DNA from: a virus
Taxonomy: Duplodnaviria > Heunggongvirae > Uroviricota > Caudoviricetes
Length of the DNA stretch: 64,000 nt
Direction: 5' to 3' (one strand)
IMG/VR virus record: IMGVR_UViG_2974602345_000001
Coordinates: 13,332 to 77,331 of that record
The position numbers and the translations under genes are program-made. Shown here piece by piece: positions 9,432-16,275 of the stretch (positions are counted from its first letter, which is position 1; every line of letters begins with the position of its first letter). The notes under the pieces are model-generated. The model saw nothing but the letters and a program-made list of their open reading frames with translations, had not been told where the DNA came from and ran no database searches.

Positions 9432-9467
9432 ACTATAAAGGGGTTGACCCGTTAGAGTCAACCCCTT
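9432..9467 (-). promoter_or_regulatory. promoter TTGACT-18-TATAGT embedded in an 11-bp inverted repeat
   Basis: AAGGGGTTGAC 9438-9448 / GTCAACCCCTT 9457-9467; actata 9432-9437. Confidence 0.6.
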
Positions 9468-9487
9468 AATCATGAATGAGTTTGTGG

Positions 9488-9700
9488 TTATTTGTTGATG
9501 AACTCAACCTCATCACCGTGCTCACGTTCTATCTCCGCGAGAATCGCGTCATAGCTGCCGAGATTCACATAGCGCTGGATAGCCCTGGCGTGCTCAAGAG
9601 ACTCGCGAGCATGGCCCTGCAGCGTGGTTACAACGTACTCCAGGACCCAGAACACGTTACCCTCAGGACTGGACAGGTCGATTACCTTTTTGTTCTTCAC
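9488..9700 (-). CDS. small hypothetical protein
   Basis: IDLSSPEGNVFWVL motif; GGAGG SD before a GTG start. Confidence 0.7.
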   Translation of the reverse strand: MKNKKVIDLSSPEGNVFWVLEYVVTTLQGHARESLEHARAIQRYVNLGSYDAILAEIEREHGDEVEFINK

Positions 9701-9772
9701 GTGAAACCTCCATGATAAGTGATACGCAGTTGAGTGCGTGGAGGTATTGTACTGATAATCTAGTCACAAGTA

Positions 9773-9790
9773 AAGCCCGAAAACGGGCTT
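9773..9790 (-). terminator. intrinsic terminator
   Basis: AAGCCCG-TTTT-CGGGCTT on minus; identical hairpin at 12662-12683. Confidence 0.7.
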
Positions 9791-9813
9791 CACTTGTTGC
9801 AGCTGCCTGGAGT

Positions 9814-10218
9814 TTACAGGGCGTCGCGCAGAGCGATCAGCTCGTCCAGGGACTTGCCTTCCAGCTCGCCTTGTTGCTTGCGAGCGATCAGCTCGTCCAG
9901 TTCCTGGCGCTTCTGCTTGCGCTGGAGAGCGTCCTGGGCGGCAGCAGCTTCAGCCTGGCGAACGGCGATAACATGCTTGACGATGTCGAGCTTCAGCTGA
10001 GCGGTAGCGTTGACAGCGTTCGGCGTGGTCGACACGAAGCTGACTTGGGTGTCCTTCAGCTGGTTGTGCAGGCCGACGGCGATGTCGTTCAGGTTGACTT
10101 TGGTCGCATGGGTCAGCGGCAGGTCCCACAGGTCCTCGGTGGCCAGTTCGCCCACTTTGGAGTTGAAACGCAGCTTCTGACGGGAAGCGACTTGGAACAG
10201 ATCGGTGGTAGTGGTCAT
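9814..10218 (-). CDS. conserved phage hypothetical protein (partner of the 665-aa protein)
   Basis: FQVASRQKLRF...EDLWDLPL...KLDIVKHVI motifs. Confidence 0.75.
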   Translation of the reverse strand: MTTTTDLFQVASRQKLRFNSKVGELATEDLWDLPLTHATKVNLNDIAVGLHNQLKDTQVSFVSTTPNAVNATAQLKLDIVKHVIAVRQAEAAAAQDALQRKQKRQELDELIARKQQGELEGKSLDELIALRDAL

Positions 10219-10267
10219 TTTCAGTTTCCTTCAGTTTTCAGTAAGAACTTCAGTAAGTTGTTGGCGT

Positions 10268-12265
10268 TTAGAACGAAACGTTCAGGACGCGGTTGACGGA
10301 GCCTTTGACGCGAACGGTGATCGACTCTTTCTTGGTAGTCGAGATGCCGATGCCACTCAGCTGGTTTTCACTGGCCGGAGCCTTCAGCTTGCTACCCAGC
10401 AGTTCGAAGACCTTGCGGTGTTCGTTCAGGTCGTCGCGGAGGAACTCGTTGTAGAAACCGCGAGTACTGTCCGGATTGACACAGCCCTTCAGCATGAAGA
10501 AGAGGTGTTCGTTGCCGACCTGCTTGCCTTCCCAGAAGTTAGGCGAGCGCATTACCATGTCGACTGGAACCCACTGTTCGGTGGTCACGCCCCACTTCTC
10601 GATCGAAGCGCTACCTTCCTTCAGGCCATGGACAGTGATCTCGTTACCGCGGACGGTGATGGTGCCAACGGAAACGCGCTCTTTGTGTCGCAGACCTTTT
10701 GGTTGCGCGAAGCTGAACACGCGACCACCGAACTCGACTTCGATTTCGAACCCAGCGTTCGAGGTCGAGCGCTGATTGAAGTTGTTGACTTCGACGGTAT
10801 AGGTACCGTTCTGCGGATGTTTCGACCAGACGATGTTCTCGACTGGGTTGGTGCTGTTGGTTGCACAGCCGGCGTTCATGTCAACGTCGAGCGCAGCACC
10901 GAAACGGTTGCGGTCACCGAAGTACACACGCTCGCCGCCGTTCTTGATGACAGCCAGGTCGAGGTCATCGCCGTTGAACCATGACAGCGACACACGCAGG
11001 GCACCGTCAACCTTACCGCCTGCAGCCTTGACACGCTCCTTGATGGAGTCAGTCACTTCGCCGTCATACGACCAGGAGAAGGCGTTGCCCCACTTGAACA
11101 GTGGCTGGGCGTCGGCGATGGCCGGTGCAACCAGGCTCACGAAGTTGTTGGCGTGCTGCGACTTGACGAACAGTTCCACCTCGGTAGCCCGCGGCAGCAC
11201 GTTGGCCAGGAAGTCAGCGACGCTGATGGTTTCGACGTTCTTCAGTTCAGGCGCGTTCTGCTTGGTCGGCGCGATGGAGTCGAAGGCACCACCCAGCAGC
11301 TTCGGCTTGACGTCACGGTTGACGAACAGCACGTCGTTGACCGAGATGTCTTCTTTCACTGCGTAACGACGTTGCAGCGATGCTTCCAGACCCAGTTCTT
11401 CAACCTTCTTCGACGCTGCGTCGATCATCTTCTGGGTGACCAGTGCAGTCGAACGCTTGTAGTTCTGCGGCGCGACCTTACTTTCAAAGGACTTCACTGC
11501 CGATTCCAGGTCCTCGCCTTCAGACAGAGCTACCAGCAGGGTGCCGATAACAGTGCCACGGTAGCGAGTTGCCGGAGTCGCGGTGTTCCAGAGCCACAGT
11601 TCGCGCTCACGCTCGGTCTTGAGCTTGGCGTATTCAGCCTGGCACTTTTTCAGGCCGGCGACGGTGCCTTTGTGTTCAGCGCCACGGTACAGCGAGTTCG
11701 ATGCGATCAGGTCTGACACCACTTCGATCGAGTCGGCAGTGATTTCGGTAACCGAGCGCTTCAGGACTGCAACGTCAGTGCTGCGTTCGCCGATGGCGTT
11801 GCTTGCGTTGTTGCGGATGATCCGTTCACGCGGCACAGCGACATGGAAGTGGTTCCAGATCACGTCAGCCTTGTCATCGCGGTTTGGCGCGGAGCCGTAC
11901 GAAGACTCGCCAACCAGGAAGATGGACTTGATCGGCGCAGAGCGGACCAGCTTGGCCATCTCTTTTGCAACGACGGAGTACACTGGGTCGTCGATGTTGA
12001 TGTCCCAGACGGTCATCAGTTCGCCGTTCTTGACGTAGACGACGTTGCCGATGTTCTTCACGAAGTTGCGGCAGCACGAACAGTCGTGCTCGGTGCGCTC
12101 ACGGAAGATTGGGTTGGTGCCGGCCGGGAAGGACGCCAGGTAGTGAGCCCACAGATCGTCACCAGCCACGTCGACGATGAACATCTGGTTCTTGTTCTTG
12201 TCGGCGTTGATGAATTGGTTGAACAGATGCTGGACAGCTTGGCCAAACGGTTTGAAATCGCTCAT
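10268..12265 (-). CDS. large conserved phage protein with C-terminal YfaP/DUF2135-like domain
   Basis: HDCSCCRNF N-terminal Cys motif; LRVSLSW..DDLDL...LDVDMN...PVENI motif. Confidence 0.75.
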   Translation of the reverse strand: MSDFKPFGQAVQHLFNQFINADKNKNQMFIVDVAGDDLWAHYLASFPAGTNPIFRERTEHDCSCCRNFVKNIGNVVYVKNGELMTVWDINIDDPVYSVVAKEMAKLVRSAPIKSIFLVGESSYGSAPNRDDKADVIWNHFHVAVPRERIIRNNASNAIGERSTDVAVLKRSVTEITADSIEVVSDLIASNSLYRGAEHKGTVAGLKKCQAEYAKLKTERERELWLWNTATPATRYRGTVIGTLLVALSEGEDLESAVKSFESKVAPQNYKRSTALVTQKMIDAASKKVEELGLEASLQRRYAVKEDISVNDVLFVNRDVKPKLLGGAFDSIAPTKQNAPELKNVETISVADFLANVLPRATEVELFVKSQHANNFVSLVAPAIADAQPLFKWGNAFSWSYDGEVTDSIKERVKAAGGKVDGALRVSLSWFNGDDLDLAVIKNGGERVYFGDRNRFGAALDVDMNAGCATNSTNPVENIVWSKHPQNGTYTVEVNNFNQRSTSNAGFEIEVEFGGRVFSFAQPKGLRHKERVSVGTITVRGNEITVHGLKEGSASIEKWGVTTEQWVPVDMVMRSPNFWEGKQVGNEHLFFMLKGCVNPDSTRGFYNEFLRDDLNEHRKVFELLGSKLKAPASENQLSGIGISTTKKESITVRVKGSVNRVLNVSF

Positions 12266-12328
12266 TGCGCTTACTCTTCCTGTTTCATGATGTAGTGGTT
12301 GTTCACGTTGTTGCGTTGTGTGAGGCTT

Positions 12329-12357
12329 AATTTACAGAAGGTGTTGGTTGGTGTCAA
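12329..12357 (-). promoter_or_regulatory. early promoter TTGACA-17-TAAATT
   Basis: tgtcaa 12352-12357, aattta 12329-12334. Confidence 0.8.
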
Positions 12358-12375
12358 CACCTTCTGCAAAACTTT

Positions 12376-12594
12376 TTACTTGATGATAACCAGGTCACTG
12401 GCCTTGAACACGTTACCTTTTCCTGCCTTACATTTGGCGTCGAAGGTTACGAGAATGTTGTAGCCCATCAGCTTGTCTGTAGGGTCTGGGATGATCTTGG
12501 TGATCTTACCAGTTACACCATTACTCAGTCGCTTGAGCGGGTTAGTGGTGTCCACCTTCACTTTCATTCCGACCTTGGCGTCTACTGCGTTCAT
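12376..12594 (-). CDS. small basic SH3/KOW-like hypothetical protein
   Basis: Start MNAVDAKVG after the conserved leader; VGMKVKV...GVTGKITKII pattern. Confidence 0.6.
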   Translation of the reverse strand: MNAVDAKVGMKVKVDTTNPLKRLSNGVTGKITKIIPDPTDKLMGYNILVTFDAKCKAGKGNVFKASDLVIIK

Positions 12595-12811
12595 GATGTA
12601 GTACCTCTTCACTGTGGTTGTTTACTGCATGGACACAGTATACTGGTAGTCTTATCAAAACAAAAGCCCGAAAACGGGCTTTTGTTGGTTACACTGAATT
12701 AAACCCTCTTACCGCACACTGGCTGGGCCTTGCTACAGGCGGGTAACGCAACTAGACGAGCTCTTTTACCATACAGCCTCCTCTAGGACAGTTCAGCGTT
12801 CTACTTGCGTA

Positions 12812-13303
12812 CTACTTAGTGGACGACTTCATCAGCAGCCGGCAGAGGTCTTCCAGGTTGCCGTTGGAGCGGTCCAGGGTCAGCACAGTGCTGCCATCGA
12901 CCTTCACCGATGCGAAGTGCTTATCGACAGTTACCGTGATGTCACCCAGCACGCCGATGACGTGCTGTTCGTGATTCTCCGGGTCAACCTTCTCCAACAT
13001 CTGCTGGAAGGTGCAACCCTGCGACTTGAACGCAACCACAGGCGCTACAGCCGATGGAGGCTCGATGGTCAGGTCGCTGTCGATTGCGCGTACGACGTCC
13101 ATCACAGTTGCGTTGACGAACTTATCAGCGAATTCGTCTGGGATCTCGATGCAGAAATCCTCCTCCAGGCGCATGATGATCTCGATGTTATCGAGCGAGT
13201 CGGTACCCAGTTCGTGGATGGGCTCGAGGATGTTGATCTCATCTGCGTTGAGACCCAGCTGTTCAGCCAGGGCGGCTGTAACCTTGTTCAGTGTTGTGCT
13301 CAT
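12812..13303 (-). CDS. acyl carrier protein domain fused to a C-terminal domain of unknown function
   Basis: LAEQLG...ELGTDSLDNIEIIMRLEEDFCIEIPDE: ACP signature with the phosphopantetheine Ser in DSL. Confidence 0.85.
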   Translation of the reverse strand: MSTTLNKVTAALAEQLGLNADEINILEPIHELGTDSLDNIEIIMRLEEDFCIEIPDEFADKFVNATVMDVVRAIDSDLTIEPPSAVAPVVAFKSQGCTFQQMLEKVDPENHEQHVIGVLGDITVTVDKHFASVKVDGSTVLTLDRSNGNLEDLCRLLMKSSTK

Positions 13304-13364
13304 GCCTATCATTCCTTATCAGTCGTAGAAAAGGCCCACAGTGTGGGCCTTTTGCAGGGGCGTC

Positions 13365-13562
13365 TTACTTCTTCTTGCCATTGCCTTTGGTGTTACCACC
13401 TTTGGCTGGCGCAGGAGCAGCAGGGGCCTCACGGCGCGACATCTCACGCTTGCGCTTCTTGGCAGTGGCGCCGACGCGCGAACGTGGGTGACGACCGCTT
13501 GGAGTAGCAGGGCGTTCGAATGGCTTGAACTCGCCGGAAGCATCGTTGGTGCGGATGGTCAT
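13365..13562 (-). CDS. small basic hypothetical protein
   Basis: MTIRTNDASG..., Lys/Arg-rich; GGAG SD. Confidence 0.5.
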   Translation of the reverse strand: MTIRTNDASGEFKPFERPATPSGRHPRSRVGATAKKRKREMSRREAPAAPAPAKGGNTKGNGKKK

Positions 13563-13579
13563 CTGTGTATCTCCAGTTT

Positions 13580-13744
13580 TCAATGTTGATCAGTTTCAGG
13601 TTTGGTTTCTTGCGACTCTACCGCAGCAGGTTCATCCTGCTTAGGCTTGTTCTTGCCGAAGATGGCATCCCAGTTGTCTGCGTAAGCTTTGCTGTTCACG
13701 CGGGTCTGGATGCTGTCGCCGGTTACATCGTTCTTTGCAGCCAT
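13580..13744 (-). CDS. small hypothetical protein (54 aa, below the ORF track cutoff)
   Basis: MAAKNDVTGDSIQTRVNSKAYADNWDAIFGK..., a motif common in T4-like small proteins. Confidence 0.6.
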   Translation of the reverse strand: MAAKNDVTGDSIQTRVNSKAYADNWDAIFGKNKPKQDEPAAVESQETKPETDQH

Positions 13745-13772
13745 CTACTTCTCTACTTCAGTTAACACGATT

Positions 13773-13863
13773 TGGCGGTGTCATAGAGATTCGAACTCTA
13801 GGGCAGGTCTCCCCCACCTACGGTTTTCAAGACCGTCGCCATCGACCACTCGGCCATGACACC
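13773..13863 (-). tRNA. tRNA-Ser(UGA)
   Basis: Cloverleaf with long variable arm, anticodon loop CT-TGA-AA, encoded CCA. Confidence 0.95.
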
Positions 13864-13870
13864 TTAAACT

Positions 13871-13987
13871 GTATGCAGCGGAGGGAGTTGAACCCTCAGT
13901 TCTAAGTCTTAATCCCACCGTGGGCGCAGCGTGTTGCAGAGCTAAGCCGTTGGCCTCCCGTCGAACAACGGCTAGCTTCACACTGCG
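13871..13987 (-). ncRNA. tRNA-like structured RNA (acceptor + T arm, non-tRNA body)
   Basis: GCAGTG/CGCTGC stem, T arm GAGGG-TTCAACT-CCCTC, internal hairpin AGCCGTTG/CAACGGCT. Confidence 0.5.
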
Positions 13988-14031
13988 TCAGGAATTGAAC
14001 CTGATACTTTCACCGGAAACTGCAAACCCTG

Positions 14032-14496
14032 TTACAAGCACAACCCTTCACCACGAAGGTTACTGCGGATGCGCATGAGAATCTCACCCAACTTGTTCTT
14101 GCCAACCAGGTTACCATTGGCGTCACGCACCATACCCCAGTACTTATCGCCCCAGTAGTTCAGTTCGACAAGCTTGCGGTTGCCTGTAGCAAGCAACAGC
14201 TTCTTCAGGTCTTCGTTCTGCTCGAACTTAGCCAGAACGATTTGGTACATGAAATCGTCCTTCAAGTGCTCCCAGTTGAAGCGGACAGGAACCTTCCGAC
14301 CAAGGCGCTTGGCTTCACCTGGCGTTTCCAGTGCAGCAAACTCAACCCACACATCTTGGCCATCAACCTTCATGGCCTGGTAGGCGTGTTCCGAAGTTGG
14401 CCAGTTGATACCTTTGTACACCAACGGCGCTTCGAAGAAGTTGCTGAGGAAAGCAAACTCCTGGAAGAAGCCGAGGATGTCATCATTTGGTGCCAT
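14032..14496 (-). CDS. NADAR (YbiA/T4 gp30.3-like) ADP-ribosylhydrolase family protein
   Basis: FLSNFF...WPTSEHAYQAMK...AKRLGRKV...AKFEQN..L...LLATG...D.YWG...GKNKLGEILMRIR. Confidence 0.9.
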   Translation of the reverse strand: MAPNDDILGFFQEFAFLSNFFEAPLVYKGINWPTSEHAYQAMKVDGQDVWVEFAALETPGEAKRLGRKVPVRFNWEHLKDDFMYQIVLAKFEQNEDLKKLLLATGNRKLVELNYWGDKYWGMVRDANGNLVGKNKLGEILMRIRSNLRGEGLCL

Positions 14497-14515
14497 ACGT
14501 TACCTCTTCACGAAA

Positions 14516-14591
14516 TGGGACGCCAGGTAGGAGTCGAACCTACAACCAACGGATTTGGAATCCGCCATTCTGCCAATTGAACTACTGACGT
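14516..14591 (-). tRNA. tRNA-Trp(CCA)
   Basis: 76-nt cloverleaf, loop TT-CCA-AA, CCA end. Confidence 0.93.
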
Positions 14592-14597
14592 ATATTA

Positions 14598-14678
14598 GGT
14601 GGGCCAATAAGGGAATCGAACCCTCGACCTTGCATGTATGGTGTTAACCCCATGGCATGAAAGCCAACCATGTAGCCC
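14598..14678 (-). pseudogene. degenerate tRNA / tRNA-like element
   Basis: T arm GAGGG-TTCGATT-CCCTT and GGGCTA/TGGCCC acceptor, but no proper D arm, irregular anticodon arm, ends ACCT. Confidence 0.5.
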
Positions 14679-14684
14679 GTTGAC

Positions 14685-14760
14685 TGGTGCCGGCAGCAGG
14701 AATCGAACCCGCGACATCTTGCTTACAAGGCAAGCGCTCTACCATCTGAGCTATACCGGC
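14685..14760 (-). tRNA. tRNA-Thr(UGU)
   Basis: 76-nt cloverleaf, loop CT-TGT-AA, CCA end. Confidence 0.95.
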
Positions 14761-14770
14761 GTGTAACTGT

Positions 14771-15112
14771 TTATGGGCGGATAATGTACAAGCTGATATC
14801 CGACCCAGTGGTGACAAGCGTTTCGTTGCCACGCTTGACCATGTCGATCATGCAGTTCTTGAGCTCCAGCGAACCTGGCCATGGGCACTCAAAGGTGTTC
14901 TCCCAAGCAGCCTTGATGCGTTCCATCCGTTGTGCATGATCCGCTTTGATCAGCTCCATTGTCTCGTAGACGCTGGTGGCATCACCGACGAAGTCTGTGG
15001 AAGATACGTCAGCGTTGAAAGTCATTTCCGAATAGTAGATCTTCACTTGGTGTGTCCTGTGTACGTTGTCTATGCGGCGTATTGTAGAGCGGTACGCCGC
15101 CGATGTAAACAC
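14771..15112 (-). CDS. hypothetical protein
   Basis: 113 aa ORF in the tRNA region; start uncertain. Confidence 0.5.
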   Translation of the reverse strand: MFTSAAYRSTIRRIDNVHRTHQVKIYYSEMTFNADVSSTDFVGDATSVYETMELIKADHAQRMERIKAAWENTFECPWPGSLELKNCMIDMVKRGNETLVTTGSDISLYIIRP

Positions 15113-15117
15113 TTCTT

Positions 15118-15438
15118 TTAAAACTTCATGTCCGCGAGGTAACTACCTTCTTGAAGGACGGTGTAGATGACCGTCTCATCGCTCACTTCAGAGTGAACGA
15201 ACACTATGTTGCGAACCTTCGAGATCCTCACCTTGCGACCATGCTTGACGCACAGCGCATTGTAACGACCTGGACACTGGCGAAGCGCGAAGTCAACAGA
15301 CTTGGCTTCACGGAACAACTTGCGAAGCATGTAGGCTTCGTTACCGCCCCTGAAAATCTCAGGGTTGAACTGAAGACGGAAGCGCTCTCTGAAGCGCTGT
15401 TTGGCATGAGCCGTTACCTTGATCATCACTGTCATCAC
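15118..15438 (-). CDS. hypothetical protein (HAKQRFRER motif)
   Basis: IKVTAHAKQRFRERF N-terminal motif seen in many phage small proteins. Confidence 0.6.
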   Translation of the reverse strand: MMTVMIKVTAHAKQRFRERFRLQFNPEIFRGGNEAYMLRKLFREAKSVDFALRQCPGRYNALCVKHGRKVRISKVRNIVFVHSEVSDETVIYTVLQEGSYLADMKF

Positions 15439-15598
15439 CTAAACGTTGAAGCTCATCAAATACCAATTTGCGACTTTGCTGACGCTCGATGCTCGCAGTG
15501 AGCTTCTTGGTGAACGGACCTGGGATCGCATGGCTCAACGCACGCTTACCCCAGTACTCACAATGACCACCTTTGGAGCCTCTTACACTGCGCGACAT
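15359..15598 (-). CDS. small basic hypothetical protein
   Basis: MSRSVRGSKGGHCEYWGKR...; AGGGA SD; overlaps the next ORF in another frame. Confidence 0.45.
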   Translation of the reverse strand: MSRSVRGSKGGHCEYWGKRALSHAIPGPFTKKLTASIERQQSRKLVFDELQRLGDDSDDQGNGSCQTALQRALPSSVQP

Positions 15599-15808
15599 AT
15601 CGACGTCCCTATACTGAATTCAATTGGCAGTTTTGAAGCATGCCAAGGCTTATCGGTTGGCGATTTACCGCTGCTTGAGCTTACCACAGCCCACTTTACA
15701 CCGTGCGGTTTGGTGGCCATGCACTACCGAGCTCGGCATGGCTGTTCTCATCACTGTTTGGGCCACTGCATGCAGTGTTAGGCCGGTGATGACTCGGGAA
15801 CTAATCGG

Positions 15809-15911
15809 TTCAGTGTAGAGCGCTTTAACCTTATGCGTAAGCTATCAGCCCTGTTAGATAGGCGGGCCTTCCGAGACAAGGGAGTTGAACCCAAGTTCTC
15901 TCTACACTGAA
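15809..15911 (-). ncRNA. candidate structured RNA closed by a 12-bp helix and containing a T-loop motif
   Basis: TTCAGTGTAGAG 15809-15820 / CTCTACACTGAA 15900-15911; GGG-TTCAACT-CCC inside. Confidence 0.45.
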
Positions 15912-15913
15912 TA

Positions 15914-15990
15914 TGGTGGGACGCCTGTGATTCGAACACAGGACCCTCGGCTTAAAAGGCCGATACTCTAACCAACTGAGTTAGCGTCCC
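15914..15990 (-). tRNA. tRNA-Lys(UUU)
   Basis: Cloverleaf, loop CT-TTT-AA, CCA end. Confidence 0.95.
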
Positions 15991-15995
15991 AAAAC

Positions 15996-16071
15996 TGGTC
16001 TCGGTAGCTGGTCTCGAACCAACGGCCTCTTGCTCCCAAAGCAAGCGCTCTACCAACTGAGCTACACCGAG
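15996..16071 (-). tRNA. tRNA-Pro(UGG)
   Basis: Cloverleaf, loop TT-TGG-GA, CCA end. Confidence 0.95.
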
Positions 16072-16082
16072 TGAAAAAGGGG

Positions 16083-16275
16083 GTGCAGTGGTGCGCTTCT
16101 ACGCCAAAGGGAAGTTCAGCCTTACCGTCTCCGGGGTGCCTCTCTACTATCCGCAACAGTGTGCTAACCGTGCTGCCTTACCTACCATGGTGGTAGATAG
16201 GTTATAGTCACATGCTCTGTTACTTCGTCCCACTCTTTAAAGGATGGCTGCTTCTAAGCCTACCTTCCACTGCAC
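16083..16275 (-). ncRNA. 23S rRNA GTPase-associated-centre (L11-binding domain) mimic RNA with internal insertion
   Basis: Minus strand: GTGCAGTGG-AAGGTAGGCTTAGAAGCAGCCATCCTTTAAAGAGTG-[~125 nt]-GGCGTAGAAGCGCA-CCACTGCAC; matches recalled 23S nt ~1054-1107. Confidence 0.8.

Noticed and set aside
13319-13543. Alternative 74-aa minus ORF overlapping 13365-13562
   Set aside because: It lacks an SD and crosses the terminator hairpin at ~13329-13352; the other frame has a GGAG SD.
14630-14660. Ochre-suppressor tRNA / alternative genetic code
   Set aside because: The anticodon arm is malformed, there is no CCA, and genes throughout end normally in TAA/TGA/TAG.
15645-15660. GGCTTATCGGT resembles the 3' end of RNase P RNA
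   Set aside because: It is on the strand opposite to the cluster, and no upstream GAGGAAAGTCC P4 element was found.
16083-16275. Interpretation as a true rRNA gene or host contamination/chimera
   Set aside because: Only ~45 nt are rRNA-like, split by an insert, with compensatory helix changes. The element is flanked seamlessly by phage tRNAs.
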